Shown here piece after piece: positions 1 through 10,468 of a DNA stretch of 64,000 nucleotides. A program made the translations under genes and the position numbers. The stretch is from Histomonas meleagridis 2922-C6/04-290x. Its lineage: Eukaryota > Protista > Parabasalia. How positions within the stretch are numbered: position 1 is the first letter of the stretch; every line of letters begins with the position of its first letter. The stretch is from the NCBI GenBank assembly GCA_020184695.1, contig JAANOX010000142.1, positions 434,001 through 498,000 on the forward strand. The letters run 5' to 3'. The notes beneath the pieces are model-generated. The model did no database searches. It worked only from the letters and a program-made list of their open reading frames with translations, and had not been told where the DNA came from.

Positions 1-710
1 AAAGTGGCATTTTTTTAAAAAGATTAAGTTTTAAAGAAAGTGACTTAACGTTCTCCGATTTTAAAACGAATTTATCTTTCTAACAAATGTGTTATTTGAG
101 TTTATATATAGAAGATATACTCACAAAATATATTATATTAAAGAAACAAAATAGTGTCTTGAGAAAATGATCTCTTATGAAAAATCGAAATTTTAATAAA
201 ATATATTTTTCTCAATTATTTTGTGAAATTTTTCCAAATTACATTATGAATATGTATAAATATAATATTGTTATTATAATTAATAAAATTAGCATGTGTA
301 AATTTGTTACCTAATTTTTTTTATGATCAATCTCGAAAATTTCAAAATGCTTTTCCGGGCTTCAGAATTAAAAACAAAAGTTCACTTATAATCCATATAT
401 GGATGGGCCTCAAGTTGCATGATGTTTTTAAATTATACCAAATTTTCAATATCTAATGATTAAAGCAAAAATTCAAAAATCTGTTGTTGCAATATTTTTT
501 AATTGTTTTGTTATGTAGAATGAATTCCGATGCAATTTGTTCATTTTTGATCTGTACAAAAAAAGAAAAAATAACTTTTTGAATTGACTTTTCGGTTATG
601 ACCATTGAAATCAGTGATAGTTCCACTTTTTGAATATAATGGCATTCTGTCAAAACCGATCAAAAAAGTGCTACTCATTTTCTACCAGTTGAATGATTTT
701 TTTGTGGCAT

Positions 711-2856
711 AAAATTTTATACGATCGTGGAGATATATTATTGACAAAGGAAATTACGTTTAAAAAGATAACAAGTGCATAGATCAGATGGAAAAAATAG
801 AAAAACACATCTAAACGAGTTTGATTTCTTTATTTATCAAATAAATATTTATCACTAAATTTAAATATTGTCTTCAGACTGCATTTGAACATGTTAAGAG
901 TTGATAAACATCTTCACGACAAAAAGTATTTTATGTACAATGCCTGATGAAGATTTTATCATGATGGCTAATTGGTGCAAGAAGAGAAAACAATCGAATT
1001 CTTTAGGAGGCATAAAATTTTTACTGCATTCAATGTGATCATTGATGAGAAAATATTTTTATTTTTCAATGTTAACATTAAATGTAAATTAAAAAGAATT
1101 TGTTACATTTAGTAAAAAATAAAAAAATGATAATGAATTCGGCCATGTAAAGAATATGTCAAATAAAGAAATTCAAAAATTTAGACAAATATTGATGATA
1201 TAATTAAAAATTATTTATATTTGAATATGATTATCAAATTTATTGTCTTTGAAATCATTCGCAAATGGATCTTCTTCAATTTGATTCATGTTAAAATTTA
1301 TGATTTTGTCGATAACATTTCCTTCATTTTCTTCGTTGCTTTCGTTTTCTTCAAATGATGGTGAATTTTTTTTATATTTCCGTTGAGAAATATAAACAAA
1401 AAGAATTGAACAAACAATGCTTATAACCATAATAACGACACAAATAATTATAAGAATATTCTTTTCATTATCATTTTGAACATTTTCTTTGTTTTCATTG
1501 ATGATAAAATAATAATTTGAATAAAATGAATATGAAATTAAATATTGAATAATTGTATATTTATAAAATATGAATTCTGAATACGTGAAATAACTCTTTA
1601 AATTACTAAATGTTAAATATAATGATTGCGATAAAAATGTATTAATAAGAAGTGTTTTTGTATTTGTTATAGTTTGAATTAATACAAATGAATGAGTTAA
1701 AGATTTATTATTTAGAAATGTATTTGATTCAGTAAATGTATTCGATTTAGTAAATGTATTTGTTGGTCTATTCAATGTAAAATTATAATAATGTATGATT
1801 AGAATTTTAATTTCAGCAGAATCATATCGTTTATAAAATGTTTCTCCATTTATTGTTGCTTTAAGTGTTAATTCTTCATATTTTTGTGCAAGAACATATA
1901 CATTATAAACTCTTGTGCCTCGTGAAACATCATTCGTATATTCTCCATTCGTAATTTCATATTCATTAATAATACTTGCATTGGAATCAGCACTGACTGC
2001 ACGTGTCTTAACATTAAATGTGCCTTCGTGCTTTAATCCACTAATATAAAATCGCCAATTCGTTGATGATATTTCATTCGGATCGAATCCAGAACCAAGT
2101 TGAATTGTAATTTCAAGAATTGGTGTTATAGTATACACTTGAATTTGAGCATCTTCTTTCCCGTAATAAGTATATGTTTCGCCTGCAAGGATGTTTAATT
2201 GTTCCTTTGCTGATGATGTTTGCACGACATTAGTATTAATAATTTTATATCCTTGTGAATTCACATCTGAAAAATATGGATAATATACAGTAAAGGTTAT
2301 TGTTTCGCTGTAATCTTCAAAATAAATACCAGTTCGTATTATATCATTACTCCAAGTGCATTGCTTATTTATGTACTTAAATTCCATGTCACTCCTGGAT
2401 GCATCAACAATTGTAAACCCAAATTTGTCACCGTTTTGGAATCTTCCATAAGAAATAAGCTCAAACCAAACTATACCACTTGACGCAAGAAGCTTTTCGT
2501 TCTTCTTATTCATTTGTATATCAGTGTGATTGATTTTCTCATTGCTTTTGTTAACAATTAAACGATGATTTTCATTTAAATTAGATGTTTGTAAGTTAGA
2601 AATGGAATTTTTGTTATGCCTATCATACGTATTTTTGTTTTTTGCTTCTAAAAAATTGTTTTGTGTTTGATTAAGTTTGAAGAATGGAAAAAAATCGTTC
2701 GAAATTTCAAAATTTGATTGATGTAAATCTGAATTATTTGCAATACATGAAGCATCACTGCCAAATATAATAATCAATATACTTAATATGATATTCATTT
2801 GCAGCACATTAAGCTGTAAAACGATGCACAAAGTTAAGTCAAGTTTTGAAAGCACT
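711..2856. repeat. Segmental duplication, direct copy of ~57986-60290 (membrane-protein gene plus ~500 bp of 3' flank)
   Basis: Near-identical non-coding flank, e.g. aaagataacaagtgca.agatcaga.ggaaaaaatagaaaaac.catctaaacgagtttgatttctttatttatc at ~765-838 and ~58045-58117. Homology runs through the CDS and ends near 'ttttgaaag...tcgatc'. End points are approximate. Confidence 0.9.
1215..2798 (-). CDS. Type-I membrane/surface protein, NTFTKS-stalk family, copy A (527 aa)
   Basis: The track ORF starts at TTG 2870; first ATG is 2798 (MNIILSILIIIFGSDASC, signal-like). It has a beta-rich core shared with copies B, C and D, 2 NTFTxS repeats, a Tyr/Ser-rich segment, a TM helix (ILIIICVVIMVISIVCSILFVYI) and an acidic tail with EEDPFANDF. 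Confidence 0.85.
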   Translation of the reverse strand: MNIILSILIIIFGSDASCIANNSDLHQSNFEISNDFFPFFKLNQTQNNFLEAKNKNTYDRHNKNSISNLQTSNLNENHRLIVNKSNEKINHTDIQMNKKNEKLLASSGIVWFELISYGRFQNGDKFGFTIVDASRSDMEFKYINKQCTWSNDIIRTGIYFEDYSETITFTVYYPYFSDVNSQGYKIINTNVVQTSSAKEQLNILAGETYTYYGKEDAQIQVYTITPILEITIQLGSGFDPNEISSTNWRFYISGLKHEGTFNVKTRAVSADSNASIINEYEITNGEYTNDVSRGTRVYNVYVLAQKYEELTLKATINGETFYKRYDSAEIKILIIHYYNFTLNRPTNTFTKSNTFTESNTFLNNKSLTHSFVLIQTITNTKTLLINTFLSQSLYLTFSNLKSYFTYSEFIFYKYTIIQYLISYSFYSNYYFIINENKENVQNDNEKNILIIICVVIMVISIVCSILFVYISQRKYKKNSPSFEENESNEENEGNVIDKIINFNMNQIEEDPFANDFKDNKFDNHIQI

Positions 2857-4157
2857 CGATCACTTTTCAAACAAAATTAATTGGCTAATTGTTTTAGATG
2901 AAACCGTTTTCTAAAATTCAAATTCCTCACAAAAAGTGAATTTGCACTGCGTGCCATTTCTCCAAAAGTTTCCAAACTTCACAACTGATTTACTTTGCAT
3001 TAAATGCTACAACAGAAGTTTAGCCACATCAGCATCAAGTTATTGATTATTAGTAACATTAACATTTTTGCAAACACGTGAAGCGTCAATGTCTGATTTC
3101 ATAAAACGCGTTCAATCATTAACACCATTATTAATACATATATCTTGGTGTAGCATCAAACACAAGTAATTTTGTAAATGCTACAATTGATGCTATTGAA
3201 TGTATAATTAACAAATTTGCAAAAAAATATTAACCCTGAAGCAATCTTGAATGTTTTAAGACTGCTTATTCTAATCTAACATCATAAGTATTTCGTAATT
3301 CATTACAATTTCCGAAAACATTAATTTCTCGACCACCGATATTTGTTAAATCTTCTCAAGTTGGTAATAATTGGAGTTAACTCTATTAAAAAGACAAAAT
3401 GGGTTTGCCGAAGAAAAATGAAAAATGAATACGACGAAAGTGATGAAGCATATGTAGCAGAACATATTAAGAAGAGAAAATTGAAACAAAAAGAATAACA
3501 AAAGAAAAGAATCGAAAGCGCATTCGTTTGATTTGGAACAATCCATCCACACATTCCTTAATGAATAATTATTTAACATAATAAAATTTAATGATCAACA
3601 GTTAACTATTGATTAATTTTATTTCATTCATTAATATTTATTAGTAATGTTTCTTTACTTTCACTTCCATCCAAATTAAAAACGGTTTTTCATGAAAAAT
3701 TGGAAGTTGTGGATTTTTTCTGCATTGGAAATGAAATTGCAAACCCTCAAAGAACGATACAGTAAACCGACTTTTATAATTCGAAGCAGGGGTGAGGGGT
3801 TGTCCAAAACGGAATCCCTTGTCCAAAAGATTTAGAATTTTCAGAAAATTGGATGAAGGACTTTTTATAAAAAATCTATGTTAAATAATATAAGAATAAT
3901 TTTATCATATATTCTAATTTTGAAATTATTGGACTGATAGTTTTTAAGAAAAGTTTGATTTAATTATGGATTATGCCTTTTTGTAAACATCTCTATTTTA
4001 TACAATATTTAAGAATTTGTTTATCACCAATGGTGCGGCACCATAACGAAAAACATCATATTTAAAAAAGAAAAGAAAGTTATTTTTACAATAAACATAA
4101 GGAAAAAATCCTGTGCCGCATAAAAAACAGCATTCTTATATCGCAAATAAACAAAAA

Positions 4158-5528
4158 CTAATCAAAAGATTCCGGTAGTGTTGCCCTACACACAGGGCAT
4201 GTTTGATTTGTTTCGATCCAAGGGCCCAAACATTCTTTATGAAAATAATGGTGGCAAGGTGTTTCTATTGCGACTTCTCCTGCATCAAAAACCGATAGGC
4301 AAATAGGGCACTCCGTATTTTCTGGGGGCACCTCGTTTTTGAATTCGAACTGATCGGTTTCTCTTCTTAAGCTATGTGGCAAAAAGAAAGCGCCTCCGAA
4401 TTGATTCTGTAAAAATATCATAAACACTTGAATTAATGACCAAAAGAACAAGCACAAGATTTTCGATGTTGTGTAATATTGATTTGTGAAATTATTATCT
4501 ATATAAATGAAGTTTTGCACCGAATAAAAGAGAAGCCATTGAGTTAATGTCATCGAAAACGCGAACCATGACTTAACTGTCTTCTTTTTGTTGTTATAAG
4601 CGGAGAAAACAATTTGCGGGATCCAATAAGAGAACCGAATGCAAAGGAAAAAATACGGGTTAAACTGTGAAAAAAACAAAAAAATGAAAACTAACGCATA
4701 TATGTAATGTCGACTTGATCCAATGTTATGTCGCTCAACGGAATCATCGAAAAAACGAATTTTCTCATAGTACGAAGCAAATGTCACAAAAATTATATAA
4801 AGTGATAAAAATAAATACGTGTCTGTAAGTGAGAAATTGGTTTCGGCATAATAAAAATTCGTCGACTCATACATGTCGCCTGAGTACAAAAACGCAGCGG
4901 CAATAGGAGAAATATTTCCCGAGTTTGGTGGGGTCTGATAATAAGCACGCCATAAAAAATAAAATATGGACGTCGAAAAGGCAAATAATGACGTCATAAT
5001 ACGCCATCGAATGTTATAGATTTGATATTGTGATTTAATTGCTTTGAGATAAAAAAGTTCAGAATAGCCACTCCTATATTGATTAACAATGCTGCCTTTG
5101 GCCATACCATCATGTTTAATGATTAGAATCGAATGTGATTTCATATTTTGAGTTAAATTATTATGAAGATGTAAATGTGCTTCACTTATATTAGAAAGTG
5201 AATAATTGACAAAAATATTACTAAAGGTTTTTTCAATTGATATTAACTTTTTCCGACTTGGTAAATAATAGATAAAAATCATTTCGCCAAAGGTGGAATT
5301 TATAAAAAAGAAACGAGCTGTAACTATACCTTTAGGAAAGCCGTGGTTTCTTTTGATATAAGATATGTTGGCAAAATTGTTTGAGGATTCATTAAATAAT
5401 AAAATTTGCATGTGTATATTTCGGACATCAAAAAATAGATTTTTATTAGAACTGTAGCGTCCATTCAGTAAAATTGGTTCCGTGAAATTTGATTGGGTGG
5501 AAAGAGAGAAGAGCGAAAAAAGCAGCAT
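4158..5528 (-). CDS. Multi-pass membrane RING-H2 E3 ubiquitin ligase (Tul1/Dsc1/FLY-like)
   Basis: N-terminal signal, several TM segments including SYWIPQI (SFWIPQI-like in the Tul1 family), and a C-terminal C3H2C3 RING: CPIC...PCHHYFHKECLGPWIETNQTCPVCR. Confidence 0.85.
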   Translation of the reverse strand: MLLFSLFSLSTQSNFTEPILLNGRYSSNKNLFFDVRNIHMQILLFNESSNNFANISYIKRNHGFPKGIVTARFFFINSTFGEMIFIYYLPSRKKLISIEKTFSNIFVNYSLSNISEAHLHLHNNLTQNMKSHSILIIKHDGMAKGSIVNQYRSGYSELFYLKAIKSQYQIYNIRWRIMTSLFAFSTSIFYFLWRAYYQTPPNSGNISPIAAAFLYSGDMYESTNFYYAETNFSLTDTYLFLSLYIIFVTFASYYEKIRFFDDSVERHNIGSSRHYIYALVFIFLFFSQFNPYFFLCIRFSYWIPQIVFSAYNNKKKTVKSWFAFSMTLTQWLLFYSVQNFIYIDNNFTNQYYTTSKILCLFFWSLIQVFMIFLQNQFGGAFFLPHSLRRETDQFEFKNEVPPENTECPICLSVFDAGEVAIETPCHHYFHKECLGPWIETNQTCPVCRATLPESFD

Positions 5529-6002
5529 TTCTCAAAAACTCTTTTTCAAAATATTACCGAAATTAGTAAACCTTTTAAAAAGTACAAATCCAGAAAAAGC
5601 CGATCAAACTGAAAAGTGTTCTGGACTATAATCTCCAGATAAAAAAAAAGGTGCAGTCGAAAAATTACTTATGATGGATTTTTTATAAAAATAATAAATA
5701 ATAAAGGTTATCGTCAAGTTAGCATATATTAACATTTTTAGAAAATTTCATCTATTTTATTTTCTTAAAAATATTGGTCTTAAGCGAACTCATCTTATAT
5801 TTTTTTGAGACAATTGTCACCTTCTTGTATTGACAATTTCGAAAGTAAGCCAGCTTTTTATCCATTGGTAGCAAAAAAGGATTTATTAAATCATATTTTT
5901 CTTCGAAATTACTCGTGACACTATTGAATAGCTTATATAACACTTTTTATGTTAATCACACAATAACAATTTAAAAGAATTGTTGTAAAAATACCGAATA
6001 AA

Positions 6003-9000
6003 ATGAAAAATCAATTTCAAAGCGAATGGGAAACACTCACCTTAATCGAGAAGACACTTTTTGATTTGGAGAAAAAAAATATTATGAAATCACCAAATCC
6101 AATATTAATTAACAATTTTGATAATATTCATCCAATATCTTACAATATAATAATTTCTCAAATTATCTACATTTTATATGCTGCAAATATTTATGATTTT
6201 AATCCGTGTTTAAATTTTTTGAAGGAAATTGAAGCACTTGAAGCAAGTAAAAAAATCAATACAAGCTTTTTTGAAATATTCACAGATATTCTCGTTAAAA
6301 AGAGCACACAAGAATCATATTATCTTCTTGAAAACATGGTTGAACATAATTTTATTCAACCAAAAGTCATTCAAACCCTAAAAAATCCATATTTTGCGCA
6401 TTATATGTCAAAAAAAGATATAAAAAAACTTAAATATTCAGATTTTAAACATCAAATTATTAATAAATATGAAGAACTTTCAAAGAATGATTGGGAACTC
6501 CATAAGCAATTAATTAAAGAAGGACATAATCCAAACGAAATTGCAAAAATAATACGAAATGATGATAATGAAAAACTTCAAGAAATATCATCACAAACAA
6601 ACTTTGATTTTAATCAAACAATTGAGCCATCACTTTATGAAAGATGTTCATTTATTAATCAAAGAAATATTACATTAATTGATTATGCAGCATTTTTTGG
6701 CTCAATTAAATGCTTTAAATGTTTACTTATGAATGGAGCAAACATTGAAGATACAGGTAAATATGCAGTTGCCGGTGGAAATCTTGAAATCATTCATTTA
6801 TGCAAACAAAATCATTCATCATTTCAGGGATCCATTAAAATAGCAATTAAATTCCATAAGAATGATGTCTTTAAATATTTGTATGAAAGTAATAATAAAA
6901 GATTTAAAAACTTAATAGATTTAGGAAAAGAATGTATTTTATATCATAATTATGAGATTTTTCCATTTTTACTAGAAAAGGGAATGAAAATTAATGAAGA
7001 TATTATTAATGAGGCAACAAGAAATGGAAATTTATATCTTGTTAAACACTTTAATCAAGAAAAGTCACTTCCAAAAAATATATTACTTATTTCATTAGAA
7101 GCAAGAAACATTGAACTTGTTAAATATATATTAGGACAAAATGAAATTGATGTCAATACTAAAAATGTATTATTTGTTTTATTTAAAGTTTATTTTAGCA
7201 ATTTGATGTTTCGTATTAATAATTGGAATTTGTTATTGTTATAATGTACAGCATTTATGCTTGCATGCAAATATGGTTTCAAAGAAATTGCTGAAATACT
7301 TATTAAACAAAATGGAATTGATATTCATGTTAAAGATATTTAAATATTTTGTTTAATATTTAATTAAATTATTTTCTATTTCAAATTAATATTTGGAAAT
7401 TTTTCATGTTATTTGATACAGCACTTATTTTAGCATCTAAATGTGGGGCTACAGAAATAGTTATTTTACTTCTTCAAGAAGGAATTGATATCAATGAGAA
7501 AGATATTTTTTTGGTGTGTTTAAAATTTGTTATATTAATTTTTTGTTTTATAATAATATATGGAAATTGTTTTAAATATTTAATACAGCACTAATGATTG
7601 CATTTAAAAATGGTCACACTGAAATAGTGAAATTACTTCTTCAACAAGAAGGAATTAATGATAATGATAAGAATTTTATTTTGTCTTGTTTAATAATTAT
7701 TTGAATAATTTTCTATTTCAAAATAACATTTGGAAATCCTATTAAATATTCGAATCAGTACTAATCATAGCAACTAAAAATGGTCATAAGAATCTAGTCA
7801 AATTACTTCTTACACAAGAAAAAATTGATATTAATGATAAAGATATTTAAATAATTAATTTAATATTTATTTATTTTAATTAATATATCAAAATAATAAT
7901 TGGAAATTATTTCAAATTTTTAAAACAGCACTTATGTGGGCATCTGAAAATGGTCATACAGAAATAGTTAAATTACTTCTTGAACAAGAAGGAATTGATA
8001 TTAATGCTAAAGATATTTATTTGTTTTATTTAATATTTATTTTAATAATTTCTTATTTCTAAATAATATTTGGAAATTATATAAATTATTTAAAACAGCA
8101 CTTATGTATGCATCTGAAAAAGGACATACAGAAATAGTTAAATTACTTATTGAACAAGAAGGAATTGATATTAACGCTCAAGATATTTATTTGTTTTATT
8201 TAATATTTATTTTAATAATTTAATATTTCAAAATAATATTTGGAAATTATTTAAATTATTTAAAACAGCACTTATGTATGCATCTGAAAAAGGACATACA
8301 GAAATAGTAAAATTACTTCTTGAACAAGAAGGTATTGATGTTATTACTAAAGATAAAATTTATTTGTTTTATTTCATATTTTACAATAATATTTGGAAAT
8401 TATTTAAATTTTTTAATACTACACTCATATGGGCATCAAAAAATGGTAATACAGAAATAGTTAAATTACTTCTTAAACAAAAAGGAATTGATATTAATGC
8501 TAAAAATATTTATTCGTATAATGTAATGTTTATTTTAATAATTTAAAATTTCAAAATTATATTTGGAAATCATTTAAATTATTTAAAACAGCACTTATAA
8601 AAGCAATTAAAAAATATAATGCAACAACCGTTAAATTACTTCTTGAACATGAAGGAATTGATATTAATGGGGATATTTATTTGTTTTATTTGACATTTCA
8701 TAATAATATTTGGAAATTATTTAAATTATATAAAACAACATTTATTTGGGCATCTGAATGTGGTTATACAGAAATAGTTAAATTACTTCTTAAACACAAA
8801 GAAATTGATATTAATACTGAAGATATTTATTCGTTTTATTTGAAATTTATTTTAATAATTTTATATCTCAAAATATTATTTGGAATTCATATAAATTATT
8901 TAAAACAGCACTTATGGAAGCATCTTACAATGGTCATATAAAATTAGTCAAATTACTTCTTGAACAAGAAGGAATTGATATTAATGCTAAAGATATTTAT

Positions 9001-9974
9001 TTGTTTTAATTAATATTTATTTAAATTATTTGATATTTTAAAATAATATTTGGGAATTATTTAAATCATTTAAAACAGCACTTATGTGGGGATCAGCAAG
9101 AAGTAATACAGAAATAGTTAAATTACTTCTAGAACAAGAAGGAATCGATATTAACGCTCAAGATATATATTTATTTTGTTTAATTTTTATTTTAATCATT
9201 TTATATTTCGAAATAATATTTGGAAATTATTTAAATACTATTTTACAACACTTATTGCAGCATCTGAAAATGGTAATACAGAAATAGTTAAATTACTTCT
9301 TAAACAAGAAGGAATTGATATTAATGCTAAAGATATTTATTCGTATAATGTAATGTTTATTTTAATAATTTAAAATTTCAAAATTATATTTGGAAATCAT
9401 TTAAATTATTTAAAACAGCACTTAAATGGGCATCAGCAAGAGGTTATACAGAAATAGTTAAATTACTTCTTAAACAAAAAGGAATTGATATTAATGCTAA
9501 AAATATTTATTCGTATAATGTAATGTTTATTTTAATAATTTAAAATTTCAAAATTATATTTGGAAATCATTTAAATTATTTAAAACAGCACTTATAAAAG
9601 CAATTAAAAAATATAATGCAACAACCGTTAAATTACTTCTTGAACATGAAGGAATTGATATTAATGGGGATATTTATTTGTTTTATTTGACATTTTCATA
9701 ATAATATTTGGAAATTATTTAAATTATATAAAACAACATTTATTTGGGCATCTGAATGTGGTTATACAGAAATAGTTAAATTACTTCTTAAACACAAAGA
9801 AATTGATATTAATACTGAAGATATTTATTCGTTTTATTTGAAATTTATTTTAATAATTTTATATCTCATAATATTGTTTTGAAATTATTTAATTTATTTA
9901 AAACAGGACTTATGCTTTCTTCTAATAGTGATCACAAAGAAATCGTGTATTTAATTCACAATAAGCTTAAGTAA
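6003..9974 (+). CDS. DUF3447-type ankyrin-repeat gene, interrupted: continuous ORF 6003-7244 followed by 17 ankyrin modules separated by frame-breaking spacers; terminal module ends at TAA 9972-9974
   Basis: The N-terminal part has the parabasalid ankyrin/DUF3447 signature (LIDYAAFFGSIKCF, AVAGGNLEIIHLC, IKFHKNDVFKYL). Modules start at 7248, 7418, 7585, 7755, 7925, 8095, 8265, 8418, 8588, 8735, 8905, 9075, 9245, 9415, 9585, 9733 and 9903, with consensus TALMWASENGHTEIVKLLLEQEGIDINAKD. Whether it is expressed as one protein is unproven. Confidence 0.75.
7167..9902 (+). repeat. Tandem array of ~170-nt units (90-nt ankyrin module plus 80-nt AT-rich hairpin spacer)
   Basis: Counted spacer lengths in order: 81,80,80,80,80,80,80,63,80,60,80,80,80,80,80,61,80. 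Includes an internal ~0.45-kb duplication (~8450-8900 repeated at ~9445-9900, offset 997/998). Confidence 0.95.
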
Positions 9975-10468
9975 TTTACAAAAATAGTTGTTTTGTTATA
10001 TACTATTAAAACGCATTTCGTACAACACATTTTCAATAAATTACATATTAAATAATTATTTCTTATGGTTATTTTGCAGACTTAACATTTAATTGTTAAA
10101 AAAAATTGCAATTTTACTAATTTCTTTAATATATTTTTTAAAATTATATATTAATTTAAGCGATTATAAAATGAATAAGGAAAAATAATTTCAATTATTT
10201 CTTAAATGCTTTTTACGGTAGCTTCTTTTTACAATTTCAACAATCATAAGGGCGACTCTAGTTTTTTGTTCATTTTGAATTAAATATATTTCATGTATTG
10301 GATATTAACAATAAAAGCAAATTATTGATCAATATCAATATTGTGTAATTTAGTGAATTTTATATATATTTGATAATTAATAAAAATTTAATGTTTAGAT
10401 TAATTTTTCGGAAATGATCCTAAATAAGGCGGTTAATTAGGGCACTCCATAATCCCATTGTATTAAGG

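Noticed and set aside
3300-3840. Possible gene or transposon remnant (EYDESDEAYVAEHIKKRK...) and a ttgtccaaaa direct repeat near 3801-3828
   Set aside because: Too fragmentary; no family or matching terminus could be identified.
7338-7417. Simple -1 frameshift or stop-codon reassignment as the explanation for the array
   Set aside because: Spacer 2 has stops in all three frames and spacer 5 has stops in both the incoming and outgoing frames. TAA is the ordinary terminator of the conserved genes in this window (RPS3, RPS17, RPLP1, TOR).
8023-8098. Canonical GT...AG intron reading of the ankyrin spacers (GT at spacer position 9, AG in ACA GCA)
   Set aside because: Removal of 76 nt leaves the frame broken. 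The GT is absent in spacers 2, 5 and 13, the AG is absent before modules starting ACA ACA or ACT ACA, and there is no parabasalid branch-point motif.
7406-9373. Small track ORFs (7406, 8274, 8681, 9084, 9176) as independent genes with hydrophobic tails
   Set aside because: They are fragments of the module/spacer array. The hydrophobic I/L/F/Y tails follow automatically from T-rich spacer sequence.
7167-9902. CRISPR-like repeat/spacer array
   Set aside because: The units are 80-90 nt, the variable part is clearly ankyrin coding sequence, there are no cas genes and the context is eukaryotic.
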